Positions 60,864 through 64,000 of a DNA stretch of 64,000 nt are shown piece after piece; the first letter of the stretch is position 1, and the number at the start of each line of letters is the position of its first letter. The DNA comes from Desulfosudaceae bacterium (GTDB lineage Bacteria; Desulfobacterota; Desulfobacteria; Desulfobacterales; Desulfosudaceae): NCBI GenBank assembly GCA_963674745.2, contig CAXXDV010000001.1, positions 1,632,001-1,696,000 on the forward strand, written 5' to 3'. The notes under the pieces are model-generated. The model did no database searches, was not told where the DNA came from, and saw only the letters and a program-made list of their open reading frames with translations. Position numbers and translations under genes: made by a program.

Positions 60864-61790
60864 CTATCCTTTGAAGGTGCTGCTGCCATAATCCCCATAC
60901 GGCTCGTCCCTTTCCCGTACCGCCTGTTTAAAACCGGCTTCGACCGACCGCTGCTGGAAAGCGTATCCTTCTTTGGTATGTCGGGCGATCCCGTCAAACA
61001 CGGTACCCAGGATCTGGGTCGGGCCCAGTCCGGCTGCCTGAACGGTCTGGTTGATCAGCAGTTTCATCATCATCAGCTGATTGACAGGCATGCGGGCGAT
61101 CCGTTTCAGCAGCGTTTCAAATCGCTCATCAAGCTTGTCCGCGGGTGCGGATTCAATGGCCAGTCCCCATTCAACCGCTTCTTTGCCGTTCAGGCAGTCA
61201 CCGGTAAACAACAGACGCTTGGCTTTTTCAATTCCGATACGAAATGCCCAGATACTGGTTGTGGGTGACCCCCAGACCCGGGCGGGCGGGTAACCGATTT
61301 TGGCCTTTTCTTCAATAACCAGCAGGTCCGAGCACAGCGCCATGTCCGTTCCACCGGCCACACAGAACCCGTGGACCTTACAGACCACGGGTTTATTGGC
61401 GTTAAACAGGCTCATGAATCCTTTGACGTTGCGGCTCATCATCTGGTAGTCCACCATGGGATCCCATGTCTCGGCCGGTATGTGGTTGGTAAACATCGTC
61501 AGCGGATCCAGGGCCGAACCTTTGGGTGCATCCCACTGCAGCACATCGGTTTCATCCTGGTCGATAGCGCCTTCGGCAAAGGCCATCAGATCATAGCCGC
61601 CGCAAAACCCTTTCCCGCTTCCGGACAGGGCCATGACATGCACCGCCGGATCAAGGTCCGCCTGTTCAACGCACCAGGTCAGTTCCCGTGGGGTTTCCAG
61701 GGTAATGGCGTTGCCCCGGTCAGGCCTGTTAAAGGTAATCCAGGCAACCCTGTCCTTTACCTCGTAAGTCATGGTTTTTAACGTTTTCAT
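60864..61790 (-). CDS. Enoyl-CoA hydratase/crotonase family protein
   Basis: ITFNRPDRGNAI, FCGGYDL, KVHGFCVAGGTD, IGYPP, LLFTGD. Confidence 0.92.
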   Translation of the reverse strand: MKTLKTMTYEVKDRVAWITFNRPDRGNAITLETPRELTWCVEQADLDPAVHVMALSGSGKGFCGGYDLMAFAEGAIDQDETDVLQWDAPKGSALDPLTMFTNHIPAETWDPMVDYQMMSRNVKGFMSLFNANKPVVCKVHGFCVAGGTDMALCSDLLVIEEKAKIGYPPARVWGSPTTSIWAFRIGIEKAKRLLFTGDCLNGKEAVEWGLAIESAPADKLDERFETLLKRIARMPVNQLMMMKLLINQTVQAAGLGPTQILGTVFDGIARHTKEGYAFQQRSVEAGFKQAVRERDEPYGDYGSSTFKG

Positions 61791-61810
61791 TATTCCCTTT
61801 CGAATGTTGA

Positions 61811-63067
61811 TTACACCGTCGCCCGGGCCCGCTGGGCGTCGATACTTTCCAGCAGGGCTTCCAGCCGGACATACACATTCTCCTGGCTGAATTTTCTTAC
61901 ATCAGCATGGTCCACATCGATCATGACGGCCGGAATGCCGAACTCTTCCTTGACGCGCCGTTCCTCGTCCATCTGCATGATGGAAAACACCTTGCAGCTG
62001 CGGTTGCTGGCAAAAACCACGCCGTCGATACCGAGTTGTTCAATAACCGGCTTCATGGCTTTTAATCGCAGGTCCATGCCCATGGGACAGACCGAGTGGT
62101 TCTGCACCCGGGCCATGTACCAGAGGGGATCGAGGCTTTCGTCATACTGGACCAGGTCAAAGCTGCCTTCCACAGAGCCGATACAGGAGGTGTACGGCGC
62201 GGCCACGATGTTGGCACCCATTTCGGCCAGGCGGTTTGACATTTTCCGTAACTGATGCCAGGGGGCGATGTTGTCCCACATCAACCGGTATTTTTCGTTC
62301 GGCACCGGAAAAATTCCCTGCCGGACGTTTTCTTCCGTCTCGTCGGCCAGGATTTTATAATGGTCGGCGAATTCTTTTGTCCCCCGGGCGACGAGGAACG
62401 GCGCCATCTGGACAAACGAATCAAACACGGTGATCCCGGACGGCCGATGGGCGGCACAGGCCATAAAACGCTTCCAGTCCGAAACCGCGGCCGCGGTATA
62501 AATCGCCGCTTCATGAAACTTGTCCGGATTAAAGGTCTCTCCGGACAGGTCCTCGACCATCTTAATCAGGTCTTTGAACTGGGTCAGTATATATTCCCGG
62601 TCTTTTTCCTGTTGCGGTCCATAGCAGAAGGGAACGTCGAGAATAAAATGGGGAATGTTCAGCTCGCGATGGTGGACATCAAACCATTTTGTCAGCAGGG
62701 AGCAGTTATTGGTATCGGAAACCAGCAGGTGTGGTTTGGGCAGCCCCATGGTAGGCGATGTCGCGCCGTTGTCGGCCATGCAGCCGATATCGATGCGGGC
62801 ATAGGAGCAAAGGTCCATGGAATAGCCCAGGGATTCGGCACGGAGGCACTGGTCCGCACCCACCCCTTTGGCGGCACAAAGCGCGGCATGACTTTCCGGC
62901 AGGCAGAAAACCACGTTGTCAAAACCCTGGAAAATTTCGGCCGGGACAATGATCGCCCCCCAGACCACAAATGCATCGTTGGCCGCCCGGGAATGCATGC
63001 CCATGTAAGCGTTGGTCAGCAGTTCCGTCAGGTTTCGGCCGGCTTGTGTCTTTTCGTTGATTTCCAT
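61811..63067 (-). CDS. 2-hydroxyacyl-CoA dehydratase subunit (HgdA/FldB/BcrB family)
   Basis: PESHAALC, GYSMDLCSYAR, GLPKP, NNCSLLTKWF, DGVVFASNRSCK, DVDHAD, RLEALLE. Confidence 0.9.
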   Translation of the reverse strand: MEINEKTQAGRNLTELLTNAYMGMHSRAANDAFVVWGAIIVPAEIFQGFDNVVFCLPESHAALCAAKGVGADQCLRAESLGYSMDLCSYARIDIGCMADNGATSPTMGLPKPHLLVSDTNNCSLLTKWFDVHHRELNIPHFILDVPFCYGPQQEKDREYILTQFKDLIKMVEDLSGETFNPDKFHEAAIYTAAAVSDWKRFMACAAHRPSGITVFDSFVQMAPFLVARGTKEFADHYKILADETEENVRQGIFPVPNEKYRLMWDNIAPWHQLRKMSNRLAEMGANIVAAPYTSCIGSVEGSFDLVQYDESLDPLWYMARVQNHSVCPMGMDLRLKAMKPVIEQLGIDGVVFASNRSCKVFSIMQMDEERRVKEEFGIPAVMIDVDHADVRKFSQENVYVRLEALLESIDAQRARATV

Positions 63068-63080
63068 GTCGGGCCCTCTT

Positions 63081-64000
63081 TTATTTTTCGATCAGTTCCC
63101 TGAATGCTTCCAGGCGTGTGCGAAAGGTCTCGGCGCCGATATTGTCGTCCATGGATATTTCAAGGGACAAGACCGGTACCCCCTGGTCCTTGAGATTTTT
63201 TTCAAGGCTGGGAAGTTCAAAATATTCATATTCACAGAACTTTTCACCGACAAACACAAAACCCCGGGCGGAGTTTTCCAGAACCCGCCGGACGACCGCC
63301 TCCAGTCGGCTGTCGGAAGAATACAGCAGGGTGGTGCAGGGAAAATGTTCCCTGTAAAAGCGGACATAAAAGTCCAGGACGTCGTCCCATGTGTCCGGGG
63401 TGCGGGCGTAGGAACGGTGCATGAAAGCGATATCATTACCGGCCACGATCAGTCCGGCCTGGTCCATTATGTCACATATTTCCGTTGGCGGCGGCAGAAT
63501 ACCGCTGACCAGTACCCGGGCGGAATCATCTCCGGACAAGGGTTTTTCAGGGAGCCTGGAAAGCACTGCTTCCAGAAGGGCGATTTGTTTGTTGACTTCC
63601 ATAAAATTGGCATTGGTAAGCACCCGGCAAAAGTCGGCAAAAGGCAGCCTGCCCCGGGATACCGCATTTTCCAGCTGTCGGCAGAGTTCCCGCATGCGGT
63701 CATACAGTCCCACACTGTCGGCAAAGCGCTCCTCGGAAAATTTAACCCCGTAAAAATCCTCGAGGTTATTGATAAGGCGTTCAAATTCTTTTTTAAGATA
63801 ATCAGAAGCATCCGCTTGTTCCGGAGATGTCATGGGCAAATGAAAGCTGAAATGCGGGTGCAGCATGCCGCCGTTTGTCACCACCCCTTCGCGCAGAATT
63901 TCAGGCAGGTTGCGCAGGGTGTCACCGGCGTTATAGAACAGCAGCCCGTCTAAGAGTTCTTCCCATTCACTGATGACAAACTGGGTCAACCGGCGGGCGA
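63081..64000 (-). CDS. 2-hydroxyacyl-CoA dehydratase subunit (HgdB/FldC family), 5' end outside the window
   Basis: CDTLRN-like GDTLRN, RVLVSG, KFCEYEYFE, GVPVLSLE, RTRLEAFRE; frame open to the window end. Confidence 0.85.
   Translation of the reverse strand, partial: ARRLTQFVISEWEELLDGLLFYNAGDTLRNLPEILREGVVTNGGMLHPHFSFHLPMTSPEQADASDYLKKEFERLINNLEDFYGVKFSEERFADSVGLYDRMRELCRQLENAVSRGRLPFADFCRVLTNANFMEVNKQIALLEAVLSRLPEKPLSGDDSARVLVSGILPPPTEICDIMDQAGLIVAGNDIAFMHRSYARTPDTWDDVLDFYVRFYREHFPCTTLLYSSDSRLEAVVRRVLENSARGFVFVGEKFCEYEYFELPSLEKNLKDQGVPVLSLEISMDDNIGAETFRTRLEAFRELIEK

Overview
64-kb chromosomal window from an anaerobic bacterium; gene content and style suggest Desulfobacterota (inference). 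In order: the 5' part of uvrA and pdxA; a secreted acidic-repeat protein beside a TMTC-like GT-C/TPR glycosyltransferase; a TetR-controlled RND efflux operon; two tandem paralogous secreted PKD-domain proteins; yihY and two hsp20 genes; a thiol/redox cluster; an orphan ParM-like actin; GTAG-type REP repeats; a nitrogen-assimilation island (purF, three-gene split glutamate synthase, glnA, three amt/glnK pairs, glnD and a divergent GAF-AAA+ sigma54 activator, with four sigma54 promoters sharing ACA-N4-TGT boxes); an MCP; a FadR-family operon; a patatin; a VKOR-DsbA-FGE-like-TlpA fusion; a K+ channel; a MITE inserted in a REP; and a dehydratase/crotonase/radical SAM operon. Two observations stand out. 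(1) A probable secreted selenoprotein (14226..15245) that the ORF track missed: its in-frame TGA directly after the signal peptide aligns with a Cys in the equally long tandem paralog and is followed by a SECIS-like hairpin. (2) A single 1109-aa polypeptide fusing a radical-SAM activase to a complete glycyl radical enzyme (48962..52291). Three secreted proteins also share a short C-terminal Gly/Ser-linker-CF motif. No rRNA, tRNA, CRISPR array or transposase gene was seen.
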